A stretch of 63,901 bases of DNA, filler included, from 5 parts of 5 records of this genome joined end to end with filler, not necessarily neighbours in it; one strand, 5' to 3'; counted from the whole stretch's first letter, positions 9,267-19,155 are shown. Notes: a model not told the origin generated them from the letters alone. Made by a program: numbers and translations.

Positions 9267-11033
9267 ATGAAAGCATCGCAAATCGGTATTCAGGTTCTTC
9301 GTGAAATGCCTTCCGACGCCGACGATCTGGCGGCGGCATGGCTGATCCGGGGCGGTTACATTCACCGCCATGCGTCGGGGATATTCACCTTCGCGCCGTT
9401 GATCTATCGGGTCGAGAAAAAAGTCTCCGACATCATCAACGAGGAAATCACCCGTTTTGGCGGAATCCAGGTCCGTTTCCCGCTGCTGCAGAGCGCCGAA
9501 ATCTGGAAGCAGTCCGGCCGTTGGGCGGTCTATGAGCATGCCAATCTGATGTTCCAGTCGGAAGACCGCCGGGGCCGTCTGTTCGGTCTCAGCCCGACCG
9601 CCGAAGAGGTCGCTTGCGATCTCGGCAAACATCTCATCCGCAGCCCCAACCAGCTGCCGCTGAACGTGTTCCAGAACCACATGAAATTCCGCGATGAACT
9701 GCGCCCGCGCTCGGGCCTGCTGCGGTCGCGCGAATTCATCATGATGGATGCCTATAGCTTTGACATCGACGAAGACGGCCTCGACCTGTCGTACCGCAAG
9801 ATGCGTCAGGCCTATCACGCGATCTACAAGAAGATGGGCTTCAACTACATTGTCGTGCAGGCGGATTCCGGCGCGATCGGCGGCTCGGCCTCCGAAGAGT
9901 TCATGGCCGTTTCCGAAGCCGGTGAAGATACGCTGCTATATACCGATGAAGGCTATGCCGCCAATCTGGAGCGTGCCGCCAGTGAAGCCCCGGCCCCCGT
10001 GCTGGCCGAAGACGGCGATATGGAAATCATCGATACCCCGGAAAGCGAGACCATCAAGAAAGTCGCCGATCTGGTCGGCGTGCATCCGTCCGCCGTGCTC
10101 AAGACACTGGTCTTCGATCTTGTCTATCAGGACCGGGTCGAACAGGTGGTGGTGCTGATCCGCGGTGATTGCGACGTTAACGAGGTCAAGCTCGGTAACC
10201 ACTTCGGCGCCATCGCCGCGCAGCCCTCAGACGCCGATACGGTGCGCAACGTGACCGGATGCGAGCCGGGCTACGTCGGTCCGGTCGGCATCAAGCCGGG
10301 CGCGAAAATGATCGCCGATAAAACCATCGAGGGTCTGACCAGTCTCGTTTCCGGGTGCTGTGAAAAGGACCGCCATGCGGTCAGGGCGCGTCCGGGCCGG
10401 GACTTCGAGATGCCGCCGGTCGCCGACCTGCGCCTCGCCAATGCCGGTGAAATCGCACCCAACGGCCAGCCGTTGCAGCAGTGCAAGGGGATCGAAATCG
10501 GCCACGTCTTCAAGCTCGGCACCAAGTATTCCGAGCCGCTGAATGCGGGCGTCATCGATTCCAATCAGGTTTTCCAGAATTTTCACATGGGCTGCTACGG
10601 CATCGGCACGACGCGGATTCTACAGACCATCGTCGATCAGAACTGTGACGCCGAGACGGGGATCAAATGGCCGGTCGTGCTGGCGCCTTTCCATGCGCAC
10701 CTGATTCCGGTCAAGGCCGACAACCCCGAGATGATGCAGGCCGCCGAGGACATGGGCGCGAAACTCGAGGCGCTCGGCTGCGAGTGCATCGTAGACGACC
10801 GCAAGGGCTCGCTCGGCTCCAAGCTCAAGGATGCGGACATTCTGGGCATGCCGCTGCGGGTCGTGTTCGGCCGCGATCTGGCGGACGGCAAGGTGGAGAT
10901 TTTCAACCGCCTCACGGATGAGAAGGATATCGTGCCGATCGCGGACGCCATTGAGCGGCTTGCCGGCTTCGTCAAAAGCGAACTCGACGCCGCCGACGCC
11001 CGCCGTGATGCGGTGGTTGCCGAAGGGGTTTGA
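9267..11033 (+). CDS. proS: proline--tRNA ligase, long form with INS editing domain
   Basis: LREMP, GIFTFAPL, WKQSGRW, LSPTAEE, KFRDELRPRSGLLRSREFIMMDAYSF, INS region (LKTL, GYVGPVG), GIEIGHVFKLGTKYS, MGCYGIG; 588 aa. Confidence 0.95.
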   Translation: MKASQIGIQVLREMPSDADDLAAAWLIRGGYIHRHASGIFTFAPLIYRVEKKVSDIINEEITRFGGIQVRFPLLQSAEIWKQSGRWAVYEHANLMFQSEDRRGRLFGLSPTAEEVACDLGKHLIRSPNQLPLNVFQNHMKFRDELRPRSGLLRSREFIMMDAYSFDIDEDGLDLSYRKMRQAYHAIYKKMGFNYIVVQADSGAIGGSASEEFMAVSEAGEDTLLYTDEGYAANLERAASEAPAPVLAEDGDMEIIDTPESETIKKVADLVGVHPSAVLKTLVFDLVYQDRVEQVVVLIRGDCDVNEVKLGNHFGAIAAQPSDADTVRNVTGCEPGYVGPVGIKPGAKMIADKTIEGLTSLVSGCCEKDRHAVRARPGRDFEMPPVADLRLANAGEIAPNGQPLQQCKGIEIGHVFKLGTKYSEPLNAGVIDSNQVFQNFHMGCYGIGTTRILQTIVDQNCDAETGIKWPVVLAPFHAHLIPVKADNPEMMQAAEDMGAKLEALGCECIVDDRKGSLGSKLKDADILGMPLRVVFGRDLADGKVEIFNRLTDEKDIVPIADAIERLAGFVKSELDAADARRDAVVAEGV

Positions 11034-11054
11034 TTGCCGGTTCCGGGCTTCCCA

Positions 11055-11132
11055 CGTCACCCCGGCGAAGGCCGGGGTCCAGGGTAATCGTTCCGACTTG
11101 TGCTCTGGATTCCGGCATGCGCCGGAATGACG
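11055..11132. repeat. REP-type palindrome doublet
   Basis: CGTCACCCCGGCGAAGGCCGGGGTCCAG ... CTGGATTCCGGCATGCGCCGGAATGACG, between convergent genes. Confidence 0.8.
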
Positions 11133-11140
11133 GCACGGGA

Positions 11141-12145
11141 TCAGTCTTTCCACGCCTCGGCCAATAGACGATATGAATTGCGACGGTCTTCCTGGGCATG
11201 GGTCCAGGTCAGGACCACGGCTTCGTCGATGCCGAGTTTTCCAGCCAGCGCCTCCAGTTGCTGATAAACGCTTTGCCCGGTGCCGATGATGGCGCCGGCA
11301 CGCAGCTCGGCGATGCGGGCCTTATCGGCGTTAGTGTAGTCATATTCAGCGACAGTTTCCGGCGGCTCGATGGGGCGGAGATCGCCTTTCTCGCGCAGCA
11401 CCTTCCAATGCGCTCGGGACGTGAACAGGCGTTCCGCGTCGGCCTCGGTTTCCGCCGCCAGCGCCCACACACAGACATTGGCGATGGGCTCGGGATAGCG
11501 CGCGCTGGGTTTGTAGTTGTCGCGGTAAATCTGAAACGCGCGTTCGACACCGCGGCCGTCGGTGATGAAATGCGCGAAACAGTATGGGATGCCGAAATGC
11601 GCCGCGACCTGTGCGCCGTAATCCGAGGTGCCGAGCATCCAGATTTCAGGCGAGGTCTCACCCTCGGGCCTGGCGACCAGACCGTTGAAGGGATGCCCGG
11701 TGATCAGCGGTTCGCCGGATACCCACGCCATCAGATCACGCACGTTGGCGGGGAAATGCTCCGCATCCTCGTTGGCGTTGGGATTGAGCGCAAAGGCGGT
11801 CTTGCCGTCGGACCCCGGCGCGCGGCCGAGACCGAGGTCGATGCGGCCCGGCGCCAGCGCATCGAGGACGCGAAACTGCTCGGCGACCTTCAGCGGCGCA
11901 TAGTGCGGCAGCATGATCCCGGCGCTGCCGATACGGATCGTCGCCGTCGACTGGGCAATCGCGGCCATGACGATTTCTGGCGCCGAGCCGACGATGGTCG
12001 GATGGTTGTGATGCTCGGAAACCCAGAACCGCTTGTAGCCGAGTTCTTCACAATACTGTGCCAGAGCCACGGTATTGCGAATGGTCTCAGCCTGGGGAAC
12101 ACCCGTGGCGGCGGTTGACTGATCGAGGACCGAAAGCTGAACCAT
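11141..12145 (-). CDS. LLM-class (luciferase-like) flavin-dependent monooxygenase, YhbW-like
   Basis: LSVLDQS, GYKRFWVSEHHN, IRIGSAGIMLPHYAPLKVAEQF, PGRIDLGLGRAPGSD, FAHFI. Confidence 0.92.
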   Translation of the reverse strand: MVQLSVLDQSTAATGVPQAETIRNTVALAQYCEELGYKRFWVSEHHNHPTIVGSAPEIVMAAIAQSTATIRIGSAGIMLPHYAPLKVAEQFRVLDALAPGRIDLGLGRAPGSDGKTAFALNPNANEDAEHFPANVRDLMAWVSGEPLITGHPFNGLVARPEGETSPEIWMLGTSDYGAQVAAHFGIPYCFAHFITDGRGVERAFQIYRDNYKPSARYPEPIANVCVWALAAETEADAERLFTSRAHWKVLREKGDLRPIEPPETVAEYDYTNADKARIAELRAGAIIGTGQSVYQQLEALAGKLGIDEAVVLTWTHAQEDRRNSYRLLAEAWKD

Positions 12146-12528
12146 CAGCTTTCGGCGTCCACGTCTGCAAACACCTGTTTGACGTGGCGCATGCTGTCGA
12201 GCGCGGCGGGCAGGCCGCAGTAAATCGCCGTCTGCAGCACGGCTTCGACGATCTCTTCCCGGCTCAGGCCGTTGTTCAGAGCACCCCGGATGTGGACCGA
12301 CAATTCGTGCGGCCGGTTCAGCGCCGTCAGCATGCCGATGTTCATGAAGCTGCGGGTGCGGCGGTCGAGACCCGGGCGTGTCCAGCAGGCGCCCCAGCCG
12401 TATTCGTTGACCAGATCCTGTAGCGGCCGCGTCAGTTCGTCCGTGGCGGCGAGGCTTCTGTCGACATAGTCGTCACCCAGCACCTCGCGGCGGACTTTCA
12501 TCCCAGCGTCGTATTGTTCCTTGTTCAT
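12145..12528 (-). CDS. carboxymuconolactone decarboxylase family protein (PcaC-like)
   Basis: Start trimmed to MNKEQYDAGMKVRREVLG; WGACWTRPGLDRRTRS, ELSVHIRGALNNG, AIYCGLPA; its stop overlaps the LLM start (TGATG). Confidence 0.9.
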   Translation of the reverse strand: MNKEQYDAGMKVRREVLGDDYVDRSLAATDELTRPLQDLVNEYGWGACWTRPGLDRRTRSFMNIGMLTALNRPHELSVHIRGALNNGLSREEIVEAVLQTAIYCGLPAALDSMRHVKQVFADVDAES

Positions 12529-12614
12529 GGTGTCTTCCTTCCCTGTTTCGAGCCATCTTGCCAGGCAGCATAGCCGACCGTCTGCAAGCGGCAAGGGAGG
12601 TTGCGCGGGGGAGG

Positions 12615-13679
12615 TCAGGATCGGGCGGTCACACGGGCAGGGGATTGTCTTTTCGGCGGCGGTGCCGTGGTGCCGCGGATCATGATGTCGGTCGGCAATG
12701 CTGCGGGGGCATCCGGGGCTTCGCCGGCAATGCACTGTAACAGATACTCGGCAGAGCCCTTGCCCATGCGCCGGCTCGGCACATGGATCGTGGTCAGGCC
12801 CGGTGACAGATGTTCGGCCAGCGGCAGATTATCAAAGCCGACGATCGAGACATCTTCGGGAACTCTCAGGCCGAGGTGTCGGGCTTCCAGCAGGGCGCCG
12901 ACCGCCAGGACATCGTTGCCGCAGAACAGCGCCGTCGGCCGCTTCGTTTTTGGGCGCTGCATCAAGACCTTGAAGGCATCGCGTCCGGCCCCGATCTCAT
13001 AGGGTTTTTCGATCAGCATCGCAGGGTCGAGCGAAAGTCCCCGGGCGCTAAGTGCCGCCGCAACACCCTGTACGCGTTCTCGCGCACGATCGTTGCCGCT
13101 TTGAATGCCGGCAATGACGCCGATCCGTTTGTGGCCGAGTTCCAGCAGGTGCTCGGTGATGCGTTGGGCGGCGCCGGGATTGTCGAAGCCGACACAGGGA
13201 TAGGGTGATGCATCGGCATAGGTCCAGGTGAGTACAAACGGACAGTGATGCTGCGACAGCATGTGCAGGGTTTCCGGTCTGTGGTCGCGGCCGACGAGAA
13301 TCATGCCGTCGACACCTCGCTCCAGCAGGGCGCGAACCTGAGTGTTTTCATGATCCAGATCGTAATTGGTGACAGCCAGCAAGAGCGTCTGGCGTGCTTC
13401 GGCAAGACGGTTTTCGACAGCATCGACACCGCTCGCGAAAATGGCGCTTTCCAGTGTCGGGATCACCGCGCCGATCGTATACGAACGCGCGGAGGCGAGG
13501 GCGCGGGCAGCACCGTGACGGACATAACCCAATGCTCTGATCTGTTGCTCGACACGTTCACGAAGTGCCGGACGCACGGCTTCGGGACTGTTCAGAACCC
13601 TGGACACCGTCGCCGTCGATACCCCGGCGGCGTCGGCGATGTCCTGTAAGTTGGGTGTTTCAGACGGCTTCAAGGGCAT
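12615..13679 (-). CDS. LacI-family transcriptional regulator
   Basis: LQDIADAAGVSTATVSRVLN HTH, ARALAS hinge, PTALFCGNDVLAVGA, VPEDVSIVGFD, LTTI. Confidence 0.95.
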   Translation of the reverse strand: MPLKPSETPNLQDIADAAGVSTATVSRVLNSPEAVRPALRERVEQQIRALGYVRHGAARALASARSYTIGAVIPTLESAIFASGVDAVENRLAEARQTLLLAVTNYDLDHENTQVRALLERGVDGMILVGRDHRPETLHMLSQHHCPFVLTWTYADASPYPCVGFDNPGAAQRITEHLLELGHKRIGVIAGIQSGNDRARERVQGVAAALSARGLSLDPAMLIEKPYEIGAGRDAFKVLMQRPKTKRPTALFCGNDVLAVGALLEARHLGLRVPEDVSIVGFDNLPLAEHLSPGLTTIHVPSRRMGKGSAEYLLQCIAGEAPDAPAALPTDIMIRGTTAPPPKRQSPARVTARS

Positions 13680-13742
13680 GCGCGATTATATGCTTTTTTA
13701 GCGGATTGACTCTGATCGCAGATGGTGCGAACGTCACTCAGT

Positions 13743-13756
13743 TGTAAGCGCTTACA
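13743..13756. promoter_or_regulatory. LacI-family operator (perfect 14-bp palindrome)
   Basis: TGTAAGCGCTTACA about 65 nt upstream of the lacI-family start; fits the TGnnAnCGnTnnCA-like pattern of LacI/GalR operators. Confidence 0.8.
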
Positions 13757-13823
13757 TTTTTTCAGCAAGATATATTTTGCGCGGAGAACTAAAGCATGCA
13801 ATAATGGGATATATAGTCTCATT

Positions 13824-13923
13824 NNNNNNNNNNNNNNNNNNNNNNNNNNNNNNNNNNNNNNNNNNNNTTAATTAATTAANNNNNNNNNNNNNNNNNNNNN
13901 NNNNNNNNNNNNNNNNNNNNNNN
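13824..13923. other. artificial contig spacer
   Basis: 44 N + TTAATTAATTAA (stops in all six frames) + 44 N. Confidence 0.99.
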
Positions 13924-14769
13924 ACCGGTCAGGTTTTCGGTCAGAACCGGGTTCTTTTTATGCGGCATTGCCGACGAACCCTTTTGACCCGCCGAGAAGA
14001 ACTCGGCACCCTCAAGGACTTCGGTGCGCTGCATGTGGCGGACTTCGGTGGCGACGTTTTCGATGGAGCTGGCAACAACACCAAGGGCGGCAAAGAACGC
14101 CGCGTGGCGGTCGCGCGGGATCACTTGGGTGCTGATCGGCTCGGGTGTCAGGCCGAGCTGTTCGCAGACATGCTCTTCTACGCGGGGATCGATGTTGGCG
14201 AATGTACCGACAGCGCCCGAAATCGCACCGGTGGCGATTTCTTCGCGGGCGGTTTTCAGGCGGGTCAGGTTGCGGTCCATCTCGGCATAGAAACGCGCAA
14301 AGGTCAGACCCATTGTGGTCGGTTCCGCGTGGATGCCGTGGCTACGCCCCACACGCAACGTGTCTTTATGCTCAATCGCACGACGCTTGAGCGCGGCCAG
14401 AAGCTCCGCCATATCGGCGATCAGGATGTCGGCGGCGCGGGTCAGCTGGACGTTGAAACAGGTATCAAGCACATCAGAGGATGTCATGCCCTGATGCACA
14501 AAACGTGCCTCGTCGCTGCCAACATGTTCGGCCAAGTGGGTCAGGAACGCGATAACGTCATGCTTGGTGACCGCTTCGATTTCGTCGATACGGGCCACGT
14601 CGAATTCAACATCTTTGGCTTTCCAAACCGCATCGGCATTGGCCTGAGGGATCACGCCCAGCTTGGCCATCGCATCACAGGCATGTGCCTCGATCTCGAA
14701 CCAGATGCGGAACTTGGTTTCGGGGGACCAGATTGCGACCATCTCGGGGCGGGAATAACGGGGAATCAT
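13924..14769 (-). CDS. purB: adenylosuccinate lyase (3' truncated by contig end)
   Basis: MIPRYSRPEM, TKHDVIAFL, HQGMTSSDVLDT, GRSHGIHAEP, GSSAMPHKKNP. Confidence 0.96.
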
Positions 14770-14892
14770 GTGGTGATACCTTTATCTAGGGGCGTGAGGG
14801 TTCGGGCGCGGCATAGACCGCAAAGGGCTAAAGAACAAGGCTCAACAGGGGTTTGAGGGTAGCAGGTGCTGCGTGTGGCGCGAGGGCGGGAT

Positions 14893-14926
14893 GCCTCCGG
14901 CGGGAGTTTATTGGGCAAAATGAAAG
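14893..14926. repeat. short intergenic motif resembling a Rhodobacteraceae dispersed repeat
   Basis: GCCTCCGGCGGGAGTTTATTGGGCAAAATGAAAG; recognised from recall only, single clear copy here. Confidence 0.4.
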
Positions 14927-15027
14927 GGAACGCCGCGTTCATTCATTTACGGGCTGGCAGTTTCGCAAGGGTCCGGTTTAGGTGTAGGGGATTGAAAACA
15001 GGTCATCTTTGAGGAGCGGCGCGCGCC

Positions 15028-16176
15028 ATGTCTGATACATCTCGATTGAACCAAGCCACCATTGCCGCACAGGCTGCGGGTGCCGTTGATCCACAAAGCG
15101 GCGGCGTTGTGCCCCCGTTGCAAATGGCCACCACCTATTTGCGCGACGCGCAGTATCAGCCGTTGCGCCCCGATAATATCTACCTGCGCGATCAAAGTGA
15201 CATCGTGCGCGTTGCCGAGACGGTTTTGGCGCAGCTTGAGGGTGCCGCGGAGACGTTGCTGTTTCCATCCGGCATGGCGGCGATTGCGGCGGCGTTTCGC
15301 ACGGTGCCAAATGGTGGCTGCGTTTTGGTCCAATCCCAGATTTATTGGGGCACCACCAAGTGGCTGCGCGATTTCTGCACGCGGCGCGGGATTGAACTGC
15401 ACGAGGTTGAGGCATCGGATGCAGCCGCGTTTGAAGCCGCCTGTGCCGTACATAAGCCGTCGCTGGTGTTGATCGAGACACCGTCGAATCCATGGCTGCG
15501 CATCACCGATGTAGAAGCCGCTGCCAAGGCTGTTCATGCCGTTGGCGGGCTGCTGATGGTCGACAGTACCGCCGCCACGCCTGTGTTGCAAAAGCCTCTG
15601 GCCGCGGGGGCAGACATTGTGATGCATTCGGCCACCAAGGGCATTAACGGCCATTCGGATGTGTTGGCGGGCGTTCTGGCGACCAACGACACAGAGGCGC
15701 AAATCTGGACCGATATCAAAGCCGACCGTCACGATGCTGGCGCGGTCATCGGGCCGTTCGAGGCATGGTTGTTGGTGCGCGGCATGCGGACCCTGCCCTT
15801 GCGCATGCGTGAAATGTCGCGCAACGCCCAAGCGCTGGCTGAATTTCTGGACCAACATGATCAAGTCGAAGCCGTGCTGTATCCCGGCCTGCCCGCCCAC
15901 CCCGGGCATGACATCGCCACACGCCAGATGAATGGTGGCTTTGGGCCGCTGTTGTCGTTCATCGTAAAAGGCGGGGCCGACGCCGCATTGGCCGTCGCCG
16001 GAAAGCTTGCATTGTTTCACCGCGCAACGTCGCTTGGTGGCGTCGAAAGCCTAGTCGAGCATCGCCACACGATCGAGCCGCATACAGGCATTCCCGAAGG
16101 CCTACTGCGTGTCTCGGTCGGGATCGAGGATGTGGAGGATTTGAAGGCGGATCTGGTTCAGGCCTTGGCCGTCTAG
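15028..16176 (+). CDS. PLP-dependent trans-sulfuration enzyme (cystathionine gamma-synthase/lyase family)
   Basis: GGVVPPLQMATTY, LFPSGMAA, IETPSNP, VDST.ATP, DIVMHSATKGINGHSDV (PLP Lys), ATSLGGVESLVEH, LLRVSVGIED. Confidence 0.92.
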   Translation: MSDTSRLNQATIAAQAAGAVDPQSGGVVPPLQMATTYLRDAQYQPLRPDNIYLRDQSDIVRVAETVLAQLEGAAETLLFPSGMAAIAAAFRTVPNGGCVLVQSQIYWGTTKWLRDFCTRRGIELHEVEASDAAAFEAACAVHKPSLVLIETPSNPWLRITDVEAAAKAVHAVGGLLMVDSTAATPVLQKPLAAGADIVMHSATKGINGHSDVLAGVLATNDTEAQIWTDIKADRHDAGAVIGPFEAWLLVRGMRTLPLRMREMSRNAQALAEFLDQHDQVEAVLYPGLPAHPGHDIATRQMNGGFGPLLSFIVKGGADAALAVAGKLALFHRATSLGGVESLVEHRHTIEPHTGIPEGLLRVSVGIEDVEDLKADLVQALAV

Positions 16177-16205
16177 GACGCGTAGTCAGATGCAGTCCGG
16201 TGAGA

Positions 16206-16250
16206 GCGCGGAGGGGTATTTGGTCAATCGCCAATACCCTCACCGCGTGC
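16206..16250 (+). terminator. imperfect hairpin after the trans-sulfuration gene
   Basis: GCGCGGAGGGGTATTTGG-TCAATCG-CCAATACCCTCACCGCGTGC; no U-tract. Confidence 0.4.
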
Positions 16251-16362
16251 ATCACCGGACCATTGATTGCAAATTTCCGCCCGCTGCCTTTAAAGTAGCC
16301 GCGCAGGCAGAGGTCGCGGCTTTTGCCGGCAGCTTTGCGCAGACAGAACCATAGGGCCAACA

Positions 16363-17496
16363 ATGAACACGACGAGCGAAATGCCCAGTTTTCTGGGGCG
16401 GCGGCGACTTTTGGCGGGGTTCGGCGCAACAGCGGCCTTGGGGGCCTGCGCCGGCACAGCGCAACATAGCCCGACCAAGCGGCCCCCCGTTGACCACGAT
16501 CCATTGGCGCGGTTTCGATTGTTCGCGGATGCCAGCCAGCAAAAATGGCGCGGCCATCTGGCAGCCCCCACGACAGGACGCAAGCTGCGCGTTTTGGCGC
16601 TGTCCAGCGGCGGCGAGGAAGGGGCGTTCGGGGCCGGTGCGCTGGTCGGTTGGTCGGCCACTGGAACGCGGCCCGAATTTGATATCGTAACCGGTATTTC
16701 GATTGGTGCCCTTATCGCGCCCTTTGCTTTTATTGGCAGTGCGGTCGACGATAATCTGCAACGCATATTTACAGATTTCGGTACCGAGGACATCGTAAAA
16801 TTCAGCCCTTTTAACGGGCTGTTCCGTCAGGCGCTTTTCGACACGACGAAACTTGACCAGTTGATCACACGGTCCACCCCGTCCGAATTCATAGACCGCA
16901 TTGCGGCGCGGCACGCAGCGGGCGCGCGGCTGTTCATTGTCACCTCGGAGCTGGAGACCGCGCGCGCGTCTGTTTGGGATATGGGCGAAATCGCACATGC
17001 GCGCGAATATGATCTGTTTCGTGCGATCATGCGGGCCTCGGCGGCGCTGCCGGGGTTGTTTTCGCCCGTCGATCTGAAATTCACGGCAAATGGTGTGACC
17101 TATAGCGAAACCCATGTGGATGGCGGCGTTCACATGCAGTTCCTTGCCATTCCCGCATTTGCCTTTACCGCGCGCCATCGTGAATTCCCCGATGGAGAGA
17201 TTTACCTGCTGATTAACAACACACTTGATCCCGCCCCCGTCGCTGTTGCGCGCAATCCTCTGGCGATCTCGCAGCAGGCGCTAACGACATTTGCACGGGC
17301 CAGCGCCCTGTCATTGATGAACGCTACCAGCCTGTTTGCCCGCGCCAACGGGTTGGATTTGTACGTCACATCAATTGATCCGAAATCCGGGCTCGTCTTT
17401 GACCCTTCCGACCGGTTTTCGCTGCCCTACATGACTGAGCTCTTTGAGTACGGGCTTGGGCGCGGGAAAAGTGGTACGCTTTGGTCGCCCGGGTGA
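16363..17496 (+). CDS. patatin-like phospholipase, predicted Tat lipoprotein
   Basis: GRRRLLAG twin-Arg plus lipobox LGAC; LALSSGGEEGAFGAG, GISIG (catalytic Ser), ASAALPGLF, HVDGG (catalytic Asp). Confidence 0.88.
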   Translation: MNTTSEMPSFLGRRRLLAGFGATAALGACAGTAQHSPTKRPPVDHDPLARFRLFADASQQKWRGHLAAPTTGRKLRVLALSSGGEEGAFGAGALVGWSATGTRPEFDIVTGISIGALIAPFAFIGSAVDDNLQRIFTDFGTEDIVKFSPFNGLFRQALFDTTKLDQLITRSTPSEFIDRIAARHAAGARLFIVTSELETARASVWDMGEIAHAREYDLFRAIMRASAALPGLFSPVDLKFTANGVTYSETHVDGGVHMQFLAIPAFAFTARHREFPDGEIYLLINNTLDPAPVAVARNPLAISQQALTTFARASALSLMNATSLFARANGLDLYVTSIDPKSGLVFDPSDRFSLPYMTELFEYGLGRGKSGTLWSPG

Positions 17497-17693
17497 TCCC
17501 GCGCAGGGCAATTCCTGAATAAAACCAGATGCCCTACCCCAGCGTCGTCACAACTGCCCTTAGGTAAAGTTACGGTGCGTCAATTGGAGATCGTAGCGCT
17601 TTAATCGGCGTTGCGGCTGTTGCCAGCCTTAAATCCCCCCTCCTAACCTGATGATGCCCGCATAACGGGCAATAACATCTGGGAGGAGTTATT

Positions 17694-18977
17694 ATGAAAC
17701 GATTGAAATCAAGCCTGTCGGTCGGGGCAATTGCGATTGCTGCGGCATTGGCCAGTGTCACGGGGTCTTGGGCCCAGGATTTGCCACGCGGCGACGCCAA
17801 GGAACTGGGGTTTGACCCCGCGCGGCTGGCACGGATGGACGCGACATTCGGCGCATTGATCGACAAAGGCATGACGCCCGGTGCGGTGATTATGGTGATC
17901 CGTGACGGTCAGGTCGCACATTTATCGGCCATGGGCAAACGCACCCCCGATGGCGAACCGATGACCGAAGACAGTATTTTTCGTATCTATTCGATGACCA
18001 AACCCATCACATCGGTCGCCGCGATGATGCTGGTCGAGGAAGGCCGGTTGATCCTGAACGCGCCGGTGGTGACCTATCTGCCCGCGTTTAAAAACATGAC
18101 CGTGGTGACCGGCGAAAAAGACGCCGACGGCAACGCGGTGACGCGCCCCGCCAAGGGGGCGATGACGGTACAGGATTTGATGCGCCACACATCGGGCCTG
18201 ACCTATGGGTTTTTCGGGGCCGGACCCGCCCGCGAGGCATATAAAGCAGCCGAAGTTGCCAGCCCGGAAAACACCGGCATCGAGCAGGCGAACCTGCTGG
18301 CCAGCCTGCCCTTGGAACATGATCCCGGCACCGTTTGGGAATATTCCCGCGCCACGGATGTTTTGGGCGCGGTGGTCGAAGTCGTTTCGGGTCAAACCCT
18401 TGAGGCATTTATGGCAGACCGGATTTTCGATCCGTTGGGCATGACCGATACAGCGTTCTATGTGGATGACACGGCTGACTTTGACCGCATCGCAGAGCCC
18501 TTTGCCGATCAAGGGACGCTGGGCGGGAATCCTCTGTTCGATCCGCGTGTGCGCAAACCCAACCAATCGGGCGGCGGCGGGCTGGTGTCCACCGCGCAGG
18601 ATTATGCCAAGTTCGCGCAGATGATGCTAAACGGAGGCGAGCTGAACGGCACGCGGCTTTTATCGCCGAAAACGGTGCAGCTAATGACCTCGGACCATTT
18701 GAAGGGGATCAAACCGGGCAAATACTATCTGCCCGGTGCGGGGTATGGGTTCGGCCTTGGCTATGCGGTACGTCTTGAGGATGGCAATGCGCCGTCCTTT
18801 GGCACAGCGGGTGAATTCAACTGGGGCGGCGCGGCAGGCACGGGCTATTATACCGACCCAAAGGAAGACATGATCGCGCTTTTGATGATCCAGTCCCCCG
18901 CCAACCGTGGACCGCTTCGGCTGATTTTCCGCAACCTGCTTTATCCGACAATCGCAGATAGTCGCATCGACGATTGA
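17694..18977 (+). CDS. secreted serine hydrolase (beta-lactamase class C / family VIII esterase fold)
   Basis: Sec signal ending SWA-Q; IFRIYSMTKP (SxxK), LMRHTSGL, PGTVWEYS, DPLGMTDT, WGGAAGT; SD GGAGG. Confidence 0.9.
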   Translation: MKRLKSSLSVGAIAIAAALASVTGSWAQDLPRGDAKELGFDPARLARMDATFGALIDKGMTPGAVIMVIRDGQVAHLSAMGKRTPDGEPMTEDSIFRIYSMTKPITSVAAMMLVEEGRLILNAPVVTYLPAFKNMTVVTGEKDADGNAVTRPAKGAMTVQDLMRHTSGLTYGFFGAGPAREAYKAAEVASPENTGIEQANLLASLPLEHDPGTVWEYSRATDVLGAVVEVVSGQTLEAFMADRIFDPLGMTDTAFYVDDTADFDRIAEPFADQGTLGGNPLFDPRVRKPNQSGGGGLVSTAQDYAKFAQMMLNGGELNGTRLLSPKTVQLMTSDHLKGIKPGKYYLPGAGYGFGLGYAVRLEDGNAPSFGTAGEFNWGGAAGTGYYTDPKEDMIALLMIQSPANRGPLRLIFRNLLYPTIADSRIDD

Positions 18978-18990
18978 ACCAAACAACGCA

Positions 18991-19020
18991 AATGCCCCGG
19001 TCCGCGATGATCGGGGCATT
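18991..19020 (+). terminator. stem-loop after the serine hydrolase gene
   Basis: AATGCCCCGGTC-CGCGAT-GATCGGGGCATT. Confidence 0.6.
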
Positions 19021-19155
19021 CCCTCACTGTGCCGCAATGCCGGATGCGTTGCGTCTATGGTGCAGATCAATCGCCCCCAAACCGTCATGAAACATTCACA
19101 TTCAAACATCATAAAACGGTTGACTCGTACGCTATATTTTAATTATTCATGAAAT

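Noticed and set aside
13868-13879. TTAATTAATTAA repeated four times as a biological repeat or regulator site
   Set aside because: Always centred in exactly 44+44 Ns; it is a synthetic six-frame-stop linker.
17694-18977. Calling the SxxK protein a beta-lactamase resistance gene
   Set aside because: LxxHxxG and WGG motifs fit family VIII esterase-type hydrolases; activity cannot be inferred from sequence.
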